From a virus, in the IMG/VR virus record IMGVR_UViG_3300018421_000015, positions 1 to 64,000 of that record: 64,000 nt of DNA. The stretch is one strand, 5' to 3'. Positions 28,065 through 38,999 of this stretch are shown in pieces. A program made the translations under genes and the position numbers. Below the pieces are notes generated by a model. It ran no database searches. It was not told where the DNA came from and saw nothing but the letters and a program-made list of their open reading frames with translations. Positions within the stretch are counted from its first letter, which is position 1. Every line of letters starts with the position of its first letter.

Positions 28065-28444
28065 CAGACATTCCCCAAATTGATGAGGCAACAGTTAAGG
28101 CTGTTATGTCTATTGTTGAAGAAGTAATCGGAAGTGCTGTTGTTAGATTTTCTGAAAAACTTCAAGAATTAGAAAATCGTATTAATTCTATTGATGAGCA
28201 AATTGCTACCTTGATCATTGGTTATGGCGAACAAGCTGTATTCATGGAAGCTCTTGTTGCACAAATGGCTTTTGCTACAGATCAGGAAAGAACTTCTTTC
28301 AACAATTCTCTTACAGAGGCTCGTAAGAAAATGCTGGAGGTGATGCGTGATGCCTCAGCAGCAAACCTGGCCGATGAAGATCCAAACCTTGCCTCAGCCG
28401 TTGAGGACCTGGTTAACCAAAAGCTACTTGACTCAAACGACTGA
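28061..28444 (+). CDS. coiled-coil hypothetical protein
   Basis: ATGA overlap; heptad pattern. Confidence 0.6.
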   Translation: MTDIPQIDEATVKAVMSIVEEVIGSAVVRFSEKLQELENRINSIDEQIATLIIGYGEQAVFMEALVAQMAFATDQERTSFNNSLTEARKKMLEVMRDASAANLADEDPNLASAVEDLVNQKLLDSND

Positions 28445-28650
28445 TAGTTCTTGTGTTCTTTGTCTAGAAAAAGATAGCTATTTAATATTAGATAATTTTT
28501 CTTATCTGTCATTAATTTATTCTGCAGTGCATTCAATATATCCAGATGTAACTTCTTTGCATCTTGTTGAATCTCCGTTTGTTGAACTTTTAAAAACAGG
28601 AAAACTATCTCTAGATTCGCTAGAGGTACTAAGAGATTAGGTGTTTATAA

Positions 28651-29157
28651 ATGGTAATTTCAAAATTCAATGATCTAAATGATTTTATTTCTTACGTGAA
28701 TTCCAAAATTGAAACTCACTTTTTACCTCTTGATGTTCATGCGGATCCTGATCTCTTATTAACTATTCATACATGCGATATGGATTCTAACAATTATAGT
28801 TTTTATTACAAAGGCAGTAAAACTGACCTTAAAAATAATGTTTTTAATGATCTTCTTCCATCTCTAAGAGATTCTCTTTTGCAAGCTCTGATTACCAGAA
28901 TGCACACCATACATTCCCATTATCTTGTTCCTAATATAATTTCTTATTATGATATTTACAATGATCTAGAAAATGACGATGTTGATTACTCTAATTATTT
29001 TTCAGATATTAAATCCGTAATAAGCAAATTAGCTAATGACAATAAATTTTATAGAAAAAATATAGTTGATTTAAATGTAGAGATTGTTGAACTGCGCAAA
29101 CAAAACGCAGACCTACAACAGCAATTGCAAATTAAATCTATTTCTACTTGGGGATAA
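28651..29157 (+). CDS. hypothetical protein
   Basis: 168 aa, C-terminal coiled coil. Confidence 0.6.
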   Translation: MVISKFNDLNDFISYVNSKIETHFLPLDVHADPDLLLTIHTCDMDSNNYSFYYKGSKTDLKNNVFNDLLPSLRDSLLQALITRMHTIHSHYLVPNIISYYDIYNDLENDDVDYSNYFSDIKSVISKLANDNKFYRKNIVDLNVEIVELRKQNADLQQQLQIKSISTWG

Positions 29158-29159
29158 TT

Positions 29160-30122
29160 ATGTTTAAATATGATACAAGTTTCGATACAGACGAAACTTA
29201 TTCTATGCGTCAAAGCTCTACCTATAATCAAACCTATTTCACTGCTAACATATTTAGGGATAACCAATCTCTTAATGCAAATTTCTATCTTAACGAAATG
29301 TCAGAACTTCCTGAAAATGTTTTGATATATGATTATTTTGGTTCTGGAGAAATGTATTATAGTCCCAATGGAATATCTTCTCCTATTGTTTCTGTATCCA
29401 AAAATTCTCTTGATTACATGTACAAGTGGGTTACCGAAACTTCATCCAATGCTAGCGAGTATGCAAATTCGGTATTATTTTTAGATAAAGATTATTCTGA
29501 AATATTAACTACAACATTTTCTCTTGAAATATTTTCTTGCTGGGTTAAGCCAGCATATGGATTTGAGAATTATCTTTTACTTCATTATATGCCCAATCTT
29601 TTTAATTATGAGTTAAACGATAACTCAGTTAACTCTTCTCCTCCTATTTGTTCTCACGTTACATATGTTTCTCCATCCAAAGAGTACATATCAGATCATT
29701 ATCAGTTTGCAAACATGATTGATGGATATCCTTCATGTTCTCATCCTTCTTTTGCTGACAAGCACATGCCTTGTCACTTCTTTGAAAATTTCTCTCTTTG
29801 TCCTATGCATGAATCTAAATCTGAAATTATTACTCAAGTTTCAGTAAATCATGCAAACACAGATAATTCTACTGTATTTTCTGTAAGAAAAATTCATCTT
29901 TCAAATATGGAATATTCTTATTCCGTATTTAACAATACAGAAAATCAAACTGTCTTTAATGTTACTGTTCCACCAGAAACACCTGAGCTAGAAGTTTCTT
30001 CTCATGTAACTCAACTTCTTGAAGAACTTCTTGATTCATACAAAGAAGACACCATTCAAGTTTTACCAGATAGTCTCCAGCCGGAAAGCAAACAACCTTT
30101 TATAGCCTCTGCATTAAGCTGA
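29160..30122 (+). CDS. hypothetical protein with Cys/His cluster
   Basis: CSH...CSH....PC......CP. Confidence 0.6.
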   Translation: MFKYDTSFDTDETYSMRQSSTYNQTYFTANIFRDNQSLNANFYLNEMSELPENVLIYDYFGSGEMYYSPNGISSPIVSVSKNSLDYMYKWVTETSSNASEYANSVLFLDKDYSEILTTTFSLEIFSCWVKPAYGFENYLLLHYMPNLFNYELNDNSVNSSPPICSHVTYVSPSKEYISDHYQFANMIDGYPSCSHPSFADKHMPCHFFENFSLCPMHESKSEIITQVSVNHANTDNSTVFSVRKIHLSNMEYSYSVFNNTENQTVFNVTVPPETPELEVSSHVTQLLEELLDSYKEDTIQVLPDSLQPESKQPFIASALS

Positions 30123-30129
30123 GTTAACT

Positions 30130-31683
30130 ATGTCAAATTTTCCTAATTTTACAGTTCTTACTACAGATTCAGATAACAACCGCTATCAGAAAAACTCTTT
30201 TTACAATGTTTTTCTTCGTGAGAAAAATGATGTTTATTATTATCGCGACACTATAACTAACTCTATTGCAAAATATTTATCCAACCAGGATACTCAATTT
30301 CCTTTAGACTGTTATCCTATTGATGCAGAAAATCGACATGGTCTTACCATTCGTGAAATTATTTCTGGTAATTTTCTTACAGATTTACTTACTGATTCTT
30401 TGTATTTAAATTCGAAACAGAATCTTACCTCGATTCTCTCCAAGGCCTCGCACATTAATCTCACAAAATTACCTTTGTTTTTTAGCGTAGAGTTAAATCA
30501 TGGATATTCTTATGATTACCAAGATGTTATAACTCAATCTTTAAACTACAATAACAGCTTTGCCTTCAATGATTCGACAGACATAAATCCTACATCTTTA
30601 AGGTACTTTTCTTCAAATGGTACAATCTATGTAGAACGTCCTCCTTTTAAGGCTATAGTTAATTATAAGCCTGTTAGGGCTTCTGGTACAACAAAACATA
30701 TTGAATCATATGAAATATGGGTTCCCTGGACTTTAACTAGAATTTCTACTTCAGAATATCACCATCTATCTGATAGATCTTTTAGGATATATTTTTCATC
30801 TTCTCCATTAACTGATACTTCCGATGATCAGTATGTTCCTTGTATGTTTCCTAATTCTTATACTGATGGAACAATCTGTTTTTCAAATAGTCTTCAAGAA
30901 ATACCTGATTTTGAATCCCAGTCTATTAGATATATATATTCTATGATGATAAATGAATATATATCTGGTGGATGGAATCTTGACCTTGGTCTTCCTGTTC
31001 TTCAAAATTCTGTTTTAAATCCTTCAGATACTTATAAAGAATATTGTAGACCTACTTACAATTCTCTTCTTGCTAGGTTTCCTGACTTAACTGACTCTAA
31101 GATTGCTACCTTAAAGTCACAATCTCTTTCTTCTTCTGGTTCTGCTCACTCAAAATATTTCTTCAAAATGATGTCTAGCTTTAATCTTGAAGAGACTTTA
31201 GATTTTTATAGTTCATTTGAACGTATGTCTTTTGATAAGATTAATTCTACGAATCAATCCTTATCTTTCTCCAATGATATAACTGGTTATATTCGTTCAA
31301 GGAATCATCATCACGAAGTTTTAGCAGGATACACTAATGTCTCTGAGTTAGACAAGAAAATATTTATTACTTGCTTTAACCATAATAATGAAGACTCTGT
31401 TTATAAAGATACTAATAAGTTTATTAGATCTATAAATAAAACAAAAATCTCTTCCACTTGGAACGATTCAGTAGATTATACTGATGAATTTTCTTCTATT
31501 TTTCAAGAAGAACTTTCTAATATGATGAATATGGAACATAGTTTTATATATTTGTATTACGATAAATCATCTGGAGATTATGAAATTCATAACTCTTCAA
31601 ATTCATCAATTGAGACAATTGTCAGTATGGATATTATTTCAGATATCCTTATTGATCAAAGTTTAAAAGAGATTTCAATATGA
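30130..31683 (+). CDS. prokaryotic E2-like protein (paralog 2)
   Basis: YVERPP, WVPW, CMFPNSYTDGTIC, GWNLDL. Confidence 0.6.
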   Translation: MSNFPNFTVLTTDSDNNRYQKNSFYNVFLREKNDVYYYRDTITNSIAKYLSNQDTQFPLDCYPIDAENRHGLTIREIISGNFLTDLLTDSLYLNSKQNLTSILSKASHINLTKLPLFFSVELNHGYSYDYQDVITQSLNYNNSFAFNDSTDINPTSLRYFSSNGTIYVERPPFKAIVNYKPVRASGTTKHIESYEIWVPWTLTRISTSEYHHLSDRSFRIYFSSSPLTDTSDDQYVPCMFPNSYTDGTICFSNSLQEIPDFESQSIRYIYSMMINEYISGGWNLDLGLPVLQNSVLNPSDTYKEYCRPTYNSLLARFPDLTDSKIATLKSQSLSSSGSAHSKYFFKMMSSFNLEETLDFYSSFERMSFDKINSTNQSLSFSNDITGYIRSRNHHHEVLAGYTNVSELDKKIFITCFNHNNEDSVYKDTNKFIRSINKTKISSTWNDSVDYTDEFSSIFQEELSNMMNMEHSFIYLYYDKSSGDYEIHNSSNSSIETIVSMDIISDILIDQSLKEISI

Positions 31684-32783
31684 TTGTTATAACACCAGAT
31701 ATTCAAAATTCCTACTATGATAACCGCCTGTACAAAACTCCCGTAAAAGATAATCCTGCGGCTTATAGTAGGCTGAAGAATTTTATGAACTTATTTGAAT
31801 TTATTCCAAATACTTCTATTCTATCTGATACTCTTCTTCCTCCTGGAATACTTTACGCTGACAATTCTGTTGTTGTTTACGAAAAGCCTCCTTGTGTTAA
31901 AAATTATTTTCACATACATGCTCAAGTAGATTCTATTAACGAAGATAATATTGATGAACAATCTATATATTCTTTGCCCATTCCTTGGCAGGTTTATGTA
32001 GTAAAATACGGTTCTCATTCTGATGAAATGTACATAGAAGATGTATACATGTACTTTTCTAACTCAAGTATACAGTCTTTTGATCAGCCTGTATATCTTC
32101 CCCCTATAACTAATTTCTATGCTAACGGCAAGCTTTGCCGACCATATTTTGATAGCATGTCTGATGTTATTGTTCCTAACAATAATCTTCCTGGGCTTGT
32201 TGAACTTTCCTACAATTGGGTTTGGAATTCTGGCTACAACGCTGACCTTACAGAATCTGTTATGCAATCTTTTGTATGGGGCTATGCTAGATCTAAAAAG
32301 TTATTTCCCGATATTAGCAGTTCTATAAGGTACAATCCCTTAACAAATTATTATTGTTCAAACGAAGCTTCTCATAACTTTTTCCGTGCGTGGGAGAAAA
32401 TTTCTATCGACAATATTCTTTTTACAAACTGGTTTCCTCCTCATACCGCTGAAAGATATCACGTATATTACAACAATGTCTTTAATAACAATCGTGTTGA
32501 TTGGAGTCTTCATAATATGTCTGCTCTTTCTATTTCTGATGCATGTTGTGAAGACTGTCAGTATTACGACGAAGACGGAGATCCTGTAGAAGATACTTGT
32601 AGCTACGAAGATTGCTCTTGCCACTCTGAAGTTGTTTTTAACATTGATAATACTTATCAACTTCTTCGCGATTGTGGCGCCTTTGATTTCACTTCTTCCC
32701 TTAGGAAAATGATCTCTACTATTAATACTGGTTCTGTATCTCTTGATTTTAATTTCAGAGATCCTCTATTAATTGCCGGTTAA
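31680..32783 (+). CDS. prokaryotic E2-like protein (paralog 3)
   Basis: YEKPP, PIPWQVY, PPITNFYANGKLC, SGYNADL; Cys-rich tail. Confidence 0.6.
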   Translation: MIVITPDIQNSYYDNRLYKTPVKDNPAAYSRLKNFMNLFEFIPNTSILSDTLLPPGILYADNSVVVYEKPPCVKNYFHIHAQVDSINEDNIDEQSIYSLPIPWQVYVVKYGSHSDEMYIEDVYMYFSNSSIQSFDQPVYLPPITNFYANGKLCRPYFDSMSDVIVPNNNLPGLVELSYNWVWNSGYNADLTESVMQSFVWGYARSKKLFPDISSSIRYNPLTNYYCSNEASHNFFRAWEKISIDNILFTNWFPPHTAERYHVYYNNVFNNNRVDWSLHNMSALSISDACCEDCQYYDEDGDPVEDTCSYEDCSCHSEVVFNIDNTYQLLRDCGAFDFTSSLRKMISTINTGSVSLDFNFRDPLLIAG

Positions 32784-32848
32784 CACTTGATTTAATACTT
32801 ATTTTGTGCTACTATATATTTATATAAACTTAAATAAGGGTAGATAAA

Positions 32849-33148
32849 ATGAGTAAAAATCAATACTCAGAACCTAGTTTTACTAGGTCTGAAGTCGCAG
32901 AAATACTCAATGTCACTACGTTGACTATTTCTAATAGAGAAAAAAATAACAAGTATCCTCCCCCAAGAAGAGATCTAAACAACTATAGAATATATACTTT
33001 GAATGATGTTTTTAATCTTCAACTTATAACATATAGTTCTATAGATCCAAAACCAATTATATCAATCTTATATGACAAAGGATATAACGACATCAAACAA
33101 CTTGGCAAAATGATAGACTTAGCACTATCTAAAAGAACAGGTGGTTGA
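32849..33148 (+). CDS. MerR-type HTH regulator
   Basis: FTRSEVAEILNVT..TI..E....P.R..NNYRIY. Confidence 0.85.
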   Translation: MSKNQYSEPSFTRSEVAEILNVTTLTISNREKNNKYPPPRRDLNNYRIYTLNDVFNLQLITYSSIDPKPIISILYDKGYNDIKQLGKMIDLALSKRTGG

Positions 33149-33151
33149 TAA

Positions 33152-33388
33152 ATGGCGGAGCATACAAATACTAGTGATTCAGATTATAAACTAGTTGAAG
33201 ATGTACCGGATATGGTATCTACTGACACTGTCACCGATATCAAGAATGGTATATATAATTTGTTTATAAATCTTTATCGCTCACAAATACCTCAATTTGG
33301 ACCTGAAGGTGCAATGAGAGAATCAATAGAATTTTTAGAAGAAATAGCCTTTAACTTTAAGGCTGCAGTAGATAACAAGGAGACATAA
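33152..33388 (+). CDS. hypothetical protein
   Basis: 78 aa, coupled to ssb. Confidence 0.55.
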   Translation: MAEHTNTSDSDYKLVEDVPDMVSTDTVTDIKNGIYNLFINLYRSQIPQFGPEGAMRESIEFLEEIAFNFKAAVDNKET

Positions 33389-33825
33389 TGCTTGATCCTC
33401 AAAATATGGTAAGCATTTCGGGTGGCTTAGTTGCTGATCCCGAAATGGTTGCTAGTGGTAAGATCATGAAATCACGTATTGGCGTTGACTATTCAGGTTC
33501 TGAGAAAGATTCAGATAACAACTCAGGCTATTTTGATGTTGTCTACTACCTCAAGGACAAAGATGGTTACACCTGCAAGAACGCAGGTTTTGTTGATAAT
33601 CAGATTTCTAGCGGCAAAATGAAGAAGGGTACCAGCGTTTCAATTGTTGGTCGCCTTGTTCAGGAGCGCTGGAAGCAAGATGGCAGCTCTCGCTCAAAGG
33701 TTGTTATTGTTATTGAGCACATGTCGTATGGTGCTCGTGCAGGTAAGTCCTCTGATTCCTCATCAGCTTCGTCTTCAAACAGTTCTTCAACTGATAACTC
33801 AGCTTCAATTCCTTCAAGCTTCTGA
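33388..33825 (+). CDS. ssb: single-stranded DNA-binding protein
   Basis: N.V.I.G.L.ADPE, KG..V.I.GRL.Q..W..DG..RSK, tail ending in F. Confidence 0.9.
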   Translation: MLDPQNMVSISGGLVADPEMVASGKIMKSRIGVDYSGSEKDSDNNSGYFDVVYYLKDKDGYTCKNAGFVDNQISSGKMKKGTSVSIVGRLVQERWKQDGSSRSKVVIVIEHMSYGARAGKSSDSSSASSSNSSSTDNSASIPSSF

Positions 33826-34562
33826 TGGATGATGAATTTAACGAAGAAGAACTAGATAAACTTATAGAGTACGCTTTAGGTAAATCAGAATCAGCTAATC
33901 CCTTTGTAAACTCAGGCTTACATTTGGGACTTGCTGAATCCGAAACCTTATCTAAACTCCATAATTCTTTATCTAAGAGATTCGTTGAATCTGAAGTAAA
34001 TGATATATTCCAAGAAGTTCGTGGTGAATTAAATAATTCTACTTTTAGACTTGATCTGAAATCAATACATACTGTTGCTAGAAATTGCAATAAATGTTCT
34101 ATTTCAGCTCAAGCTGAACTTCCTAAATGGAATCTGCAAAACCCAGACATAGTTGTCGTAATAGATTCGCCATCACTACCTTCTGAAGCTATAGCTGTAA
34201 TGCTTAACGCTTTTAAAAATGCTGGCTTATCATCTGATCAACTATGTTTAACATATGTTAACAGATGTCCTGCACAAAGAAAATATGAACCGCAAGAAGT
34301 AATGAACTGCACTCCATATTTGCATTCAGAACTAATTGCTTTTAATCCTAAATTAATTCTTTGCTTGGGCGGAACTCCAACTACAGCTGTATTTGGAGCA
34401 CCCGCAAAGTCCCTTAAAGATTTTAGGGGACAAGTTACCTGGTTAGGTAGCTGGCCTATTATGGCAACCTATTCTCCCATGTACGTTTTACGAGCCGGTG
34501 AGTCTGCCCAGCAGGCGTTTGTTAATGACATAATTACATCCAGAAATTTTATAAATTCATAA
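33825..34562 (+). CDS. uracil-DNA glycosylase family 4-like
   Basis: CNKC, TYVNRC, C.PYL..E....PK.I..LG, TYSP. Confidence 0.8.
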   Translation: MDDEFNEEELDKLIEYALGKSESANPFVNSGLHLGLAESETLSKLHNSLSKRFVESEVNDIFQEVRGELNNSTFRLDLKSIHTVARNCNKCSISAQAELPKWNLQNPDIVVVIDSPSLPSEAIAVMLNAFKNAGLSSDQLCLTYVNRCPAQRKYEPQEVMNCTPYLHSELIAFNPKLILCLGGTPTTAVFGAPAKSLKDFRGQVTWLGSWPIMATYSPMYVLRAGESAQQAFVNDIITSRNFINS

Positions 34563-34569
34563 GGAAATC

Positions 34570-34962
34570 ATGTCAACAGACGTTTGGACAAAAAACTATA
34601 TCAGAGATTTATCTGAGGCAGAACTTGAAAAATTTCAAGAAATGGTTTCAGATAATGTTAAGGGCTCTTCTTCATCTGAAGAAAGAACTATCCTTAATAA
34701 CAACTTAGAGCTATGGCTTTATTGCCTACAAGTTATGAGACGAGATGTTGAGCTTAAGCTTTCTCGTTTCAAAACTAACTTTAAGATTAAACTTTCTCAG
34801 CTTCAAGAAGCAGGTTCTTCTCATAGGCACATAGAAGACATGCGAATCGCTGAAGAAAAGTGGCGCAGCAATGCCATGAAGTTTTTGAACTCCGTTGAAA
34901 AGAAAATGTTGTACGTCAAACTTATGTTGGACGAAGAAGAAATTATAGATGAAGAAGAATGA
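34570..34962 (+). CDS. hypothetical helical protein
   Basis: 130 aa, SD AAGGA. Confidence 0.6.
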   Translation: MSTDVWTKNYIRDLSEAELEKFQEMVSDNVKGSSSSEERTILNNNLELWLYCLQVMRRDVELKLSRFKTNFKIKLSQLQEAGSSHRHIEDMRIAEEKWRSNAMKFLNSVEKKMLYVKLMLDEEEIIDEEE

Positions 34963-35431
34963 AGATCATTTAATATACAATTTAGAAAATCTTCATATGA
35001 TTGAATCTACTCATGATGAAGAAGATTCATTCTACATATACAACAATTATCAAAATGTACATGAAAATTATCTAAATTATGTCTACCCCAAAATAGACAT
35101 TAGTATTGTTCAGTCTATATTTAATGACTATTGCTTATTCTACGGACGAATTCAAGAGACCTTAAATTCTCCGTCTCATAACTCACCTTTTCCTCTTGGC
35201 GTTATAAGATTTATGATCGATGCAGATCTCAACTGCAATAAATACTATACGCCCAAAAGAAAACCCGGCTGGGTTGTAGAGGGATACTTCTGGACAAATG
35301 GTTTTGTCCGTAGAATAAGAGAAGACAAAACAAAAGATTTTCAAGTACATGAGATATCTTGTTTACTTCATCCTACTACAGCTCATTTTATGAACCTTTC
35401 TTTGCCGGAGAAATATGCAACAGCCAATTAA
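34949..35431 (+). CDS. hypothetical protein
   Basis: 160 aa tandem ORF. Confidence 0.55.
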   Translation: MKKNEDHLIYNLENLHMIESTHDEEDSFYIYNNYQNVHENYLNYVYPKIDISIVQSIFNDYCLFYGRIQETLNSPSHNSPFPLGVIRFMIDADLNCNKYYTPKRKPGWVVEGYFWTNGFVRRIREDKTKDFQVHEISCLLHPTTAHFMNLSLPEKYATAN

Positions 35432-35681
35432 AGATTACAAGTTTTTTAAAGCTGATTCTAGCTTTATAAAAGCCGTTATATGGAACATCAATACGGAAAC
35501 TTTAGCCGTTATATTTTCTAGCGGATCCATATGGGTATACTATAATGTGCCGGAAAATGTTTACGACGAACTAGAATCAGCTGAATCAACAGGAAAATAT
35601 TTTAATACTACCATCAGAGACGTTTACCAATCAGAAAAAGTAAACGATAAGCTGAAGAAAACTCAGACCGCTGATGGCTAA
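35415..35681 (+). CDS. KTSC domain protein
   Basis: SS.IKAV.....L.V.F.SG..Y.Y..VP..Y..L..A.S.GKYFN..IR. Confidence 0.85.
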   Translation: MQQPIKDYKFFKADSSFIKAVIWNINTETLAVIFSSGSIWVYYNVPENVYDELESAESTGKYFNTTIRDVYQSEKVNDKLKKTQTADG

Positions 35682-35869
35682 GAAGAAAAAAAGGAATAAG
35701 AAAAGACATTACTTGTCCGAATGGGATGGACATTTCTTTGGAAACTCTTCATATGGCTATGGTGGATTCTCTCTTTACTCTACCAAGCCGGAAGATATTC
35801 ACAAAATTGCCACAGAAGTTTTCGGACAAACTTACTATGTAGACTTCACTGAATCTTCCTGATATAATA

Positions 35870-36193
35870 TTGGGGATGAAAAAAGTCGTATATTCCCCTT
35901 CTAATAAAAAAAATATTGTACATACAAAAAAAGATTCTTCTGTAACTAATAAGAAAATCTACACTATAGTATGGCGAGATGCCTATTCGAGCGAAGACAT
36001 ATGGTATTCAGAAGATGAACACGATAATTCTGACTACTTAGTAGAAACAACAGGATACCTAATAGAATCTCCTGAATCTAATCCTAACTACTACACAATA
36101 GCTTCTACCATAACTCAGTCTGGGAACTTTTGCTCTGTAATTAACATACCAAAAGATATGGTAGTCACAAAAACAAGACTAGTTAGGAATTGA
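35870..36193 (+). CDS. hypothetical protein
   Basis: IVWRDA...T.GYL...IP..M pattern common in phage proteins. Confidence 0.55.
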   Translation: MGMKKVVYSPSNKKNIVHTKKDSSVTNKKIYTIVWRDAYSSEDIWYSEDEHDNSDYLVETTGYLIESPESNPNYYTIASTITQSGNFCSVINIPKDMVVTKTRLVRN

Positions 36194-36436
36194 CATGAAC
36201 CAACCGTGTAATATAGAAGATGCTCTCGCACACGCAGTTCCAGGACCAGTAACATCTTATATTGTCGTTGCCGCTTACATAGATGAATACGGTGAAACAA
36301 TACTGTACGCCGATTCGCCAAACAACCAACCTATACATTCCTCAATGGGATTGTTAGAATTTGGAAAAATATACTTACATAATAAAGTATCAAGAATTAT
36401 TGATGATATTATATAAGTATACATGTAGGAGTCCAA

Positions 36437-36862
36437 ATGAAAGAAACACTGACTTGCACTCAGTGCGAGAAACGATGGAGAAGAGAAAGATCTCGCGGAA
36501 GAAAACCGCATCTTTGCCCTAAATGCACAAAGGCTGCAGCCAATATACAACCAAAGAAAAAAGCTGTCGTTGAAGTAGCAGAAGTTTCAAAGAAGAAAAA
36601 ATTCCGTAAGGTAGAACCTAAACGAATCGAAGTAAAAGCTTCTGATCAAAAAGATGATAGCCCACAAGAGCTTAGTGTTGGCAAAGTGCTTAGCTATTAT
36701 CACCCAACTGATGAGAAGCTTAGAGAGCAAACCAAAGGTGGATCTCAATGGAAATGTAGATGCGGCTACATCTTTGAAACTAAATTTTCTCTCACTGCTG
36801 TTCCTACACACAAGTGTACCGAGAACGGCAAATCAATACCAATGACCCGTACAGACAAATGA
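36437..36862 (+). CDS. zinc-finger protein
   Basis: CTQC...RGRKP..CPKC; second CRC..HKC. Confidence 0.65.
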   Translation: MKETLTCTQCEKRWRRERSRGRKPHLCPKCTKAAANIQPKKKAVVEVAEVSKKKKFRKVEPKRIEVKASDQKDDSPQELSVGKVLSYYHPTDEKLREQTKGGSQWKCRCGYIFETKFSLTAVPTHKCTENGKSIPMTRTDK

Positions 36863-37090
36863 CATATATACAAAATACAATAATTGTATGTGACTTCTGC
36901 TGTCAAGAAGAAGTATTCGATGGCCTTACGCAAGGTCAAGCATTTAGGCTACTAGAACCACGAGGCTGGAAGTATTATCCAGACACTCAAAGCCACTACT
37001 GTAGCCGTACATGCTCAGCTAATGACAGAACAGTCACATACAACGATTCCAATCAAATAACAACCCAACCATAGTACATTAAGGATTACA

Positions 37091-37474
37091 ATGTCGTTCG
37101 GCAGACATACTAGATATAATGGTAATCACAACAACCTTAGCTTATCAATAGGTGCTATCAACACCGAAGAGCGTGAAAAAATACGCTCAATCAACATAAA
37201 GTACAACTCCAGACCTTACCTTATGTTGACATATGCCAAGATGAATGCACCAAACTATGTTTCCGTCGAAGACGCAATATCTATCAATCCAAATAAATTC
37301 AAAGGTCGAGACGCCGTACCCAGCGCAAAAAACAGGACACTAGAAAACCTGTACAAACACGGACTCATAGAAGAAAACCCCGACGACCCACAAGAATTTC
37401 GCATTACACACTTTGGAATAAAGTACCTTTACGCTAAACATTATTTTAGATATAGAAAAAAAACAAATGCTTAA
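37091..37474 (+). CDS. probable winged-helix protein
   Basis: LENLYKHGLIE....FRITHFG.KY wing pattern. Confidence 0.5.
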   Translation: MSFGRHTRYNGNHNNLSLSIGAINTEEREKIRSINIKYNSRPYLMLTYAKMNAPNYVSVEDAISINPNKFKGRDAVPSAKNRTLENLYKHGLIEENPDDPQEFRITHFGIKYLYAKHYFRYRKKTNA

Positions 37475-37646
37475 CACATAAAGGAAACAATGCTGGCAAT
37501 AATCAGACAAAAACTTATATTATTTTTTAGATCTATTATTGTCAAAGTAAAGAGTTTCACCGAACTCCTAAGAGTATGCGAACAAGTTGCAACGCTACTT
37601 GTAATCCTCATAACCTATACTCTCAAACCCATTTAAGGAGACCATC

Positions 37647-38117
37647 ATGGGAATGGACGTCTACGGTAAAAACCCCACCTCAGAAAAAGGGGAATACTTC
37701 CGCAACAACGTATGGTGGTGGCGACCGCTATGGAACTATTGTTGTCTAGTTGATCCAGAGTTAGACCAAAAAGTACCATACGGTCACTCCAACGACGGAG
37801 ACGGACTAGACTCCGAAGGCGCAAAAGAACTAGGGATAAAACTTCAAGCAGAGATCATCACAGGACGCGCCCTGACCTACGTAGAACAGTACGAAAAAGC
37901 ACGCCAAGCCATACCAAAAGAAGACTGTAAATACTGCGACGAAAACGGTGAACGTACCTGGCAACAAGAAAACGGTGAACCCTACACCAAAATATGTAAC
38001 GCATGTAGCGGAACAAAAAAGGTAGATTCATGGGAAGTACACTACCCAATGAACCTAGAAAACATAAAAGAATTCTCAGAATTCCTACTAGAATCCGGAG
38101 GATTCCAAATATGTTAA
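37647..38117 (+). CDS. conserved phage protein with DnaJ-like Zn finger
   Basis: MGMD...YFRNNVWWW; CKYC, CNACSGT. Confidence 0.65.
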   Translation: MGMDVYGKNPTSEKGEYFRNNVWWWRPLWNYCCLVDPELDQKVPYGHSNDGDGLDSEGAKELGIKLQAEIITGRALTYVEQYEKARQAIPKEDCKYCDENGERTWQQENGEPYTKICNACSGTKKVDSWEVHYPMNLENIKEFSEFLLESGGFQIC

Positions 38118-38761
38118 GCTTCTTCGCAGCCACAACAACAAGTCTATGGCCTAGAATAAAAAAAATTTTACGCCGCGATTTTTCAAGGCATGATGTGGGT
38201 GAGCCGGAGAAGTTCAAACAGTTCAATGTCAAAGATGAACTCAAAGAACTTCCAGTAACATCAATACGTAGCTGGCAACAGGGTCATTCTATTCCTTACT
38301 CTGTGGCCATGTACAATACGGTAAGAGATTTCAATCTAGCTTCAGTCATACGTAACGCTTCAGCGTTTGCCATCCAGGAAATAAATATTATAGGATGGAA
38401 AAAATATGATAAGCGTGGGGCTGTTGGTGCTTATAACTACGTTAAAATAAATCACTTTGTTGATTTTGACGCTTTCTCTCGTTATATCAGCCCTCACAAT
38501 CTTGTGGCTTTAGAGCTTCCAGAACACTACCCAAATGTTCCTGACGCAGCTTTTATGGAGCTTTCAAACTTTGAATGGCGTCCTGGCTACTGTTTATTAA
38601 TAGGCGAAGAGGGAGCCGGTATACCAGAAGATGATCTTCGCAAATGTTTTCATAAAGTAAAAATAACTATACCAGGATCAATGAGATCTTTAAATGCAGC
38701 TACTGCTGCTGGTATTGCAATGTACAGTGCAAGTCGATCAAACGTGAGGGAATATGTCTAG
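38111..38761 (+). CDS. SpoU/TrmH family RNA methyltransferase
   Basis: N.ASVIRNA.AF, IGEEG.GI, I.G..RSLNAATAAGI. Confidence 0.85.
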   Translation: MLSFFAATTTSLWPRIKKILRRDFSRHDVGEPEKFKQFNVKDELKELPVTSIRSWQQGHSIPYSVAMYNTVRDFNLASVIRNASAFAIQEINIIGWKKYDKRGAVGAYNYVKINHFVDFDAFSRYISPHNLVALELPEHYPNVPDAAFMELSNFEWRPGYCLLIGEEGAGIPEDDLRKCFHKVKITIPGSMRSLNAATAAGIAMYSASRSNVREYV

Positions 38762-38999
38762 TCCACAGTATCAAAAACTTACTGATCAAGATAAAGATTG
38801 GAAGCTTAAATACTACTCTTTCTTAAAGGGCGCTAAAATAATCAATGTAGAAATATTTGAAGACGACCTTTTTACTGGCACTGATCAGAATTGGCCTGTA
38901 ATCATTATAGAGAAAAATGGTCAAACATTTGAACTTCAGCTTTCTCGCGATGAAGAAGGCAATGGTCCAGGCTTTATGTTTGGTCTTCCCTATGTCTAG
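38754..38999 (+). CDS. hypothetical protein
   Basis: C-terminal RDEEGNGPG motif. Confidence 0.55.
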   Translation: MSSPQYQKLTDQDKDWKLKYYSFLKGAKIINVEIFEDDLFTGTDQNWPVIIIEKNGQTFELQLSRDEEGNGPGFMFGLPYV

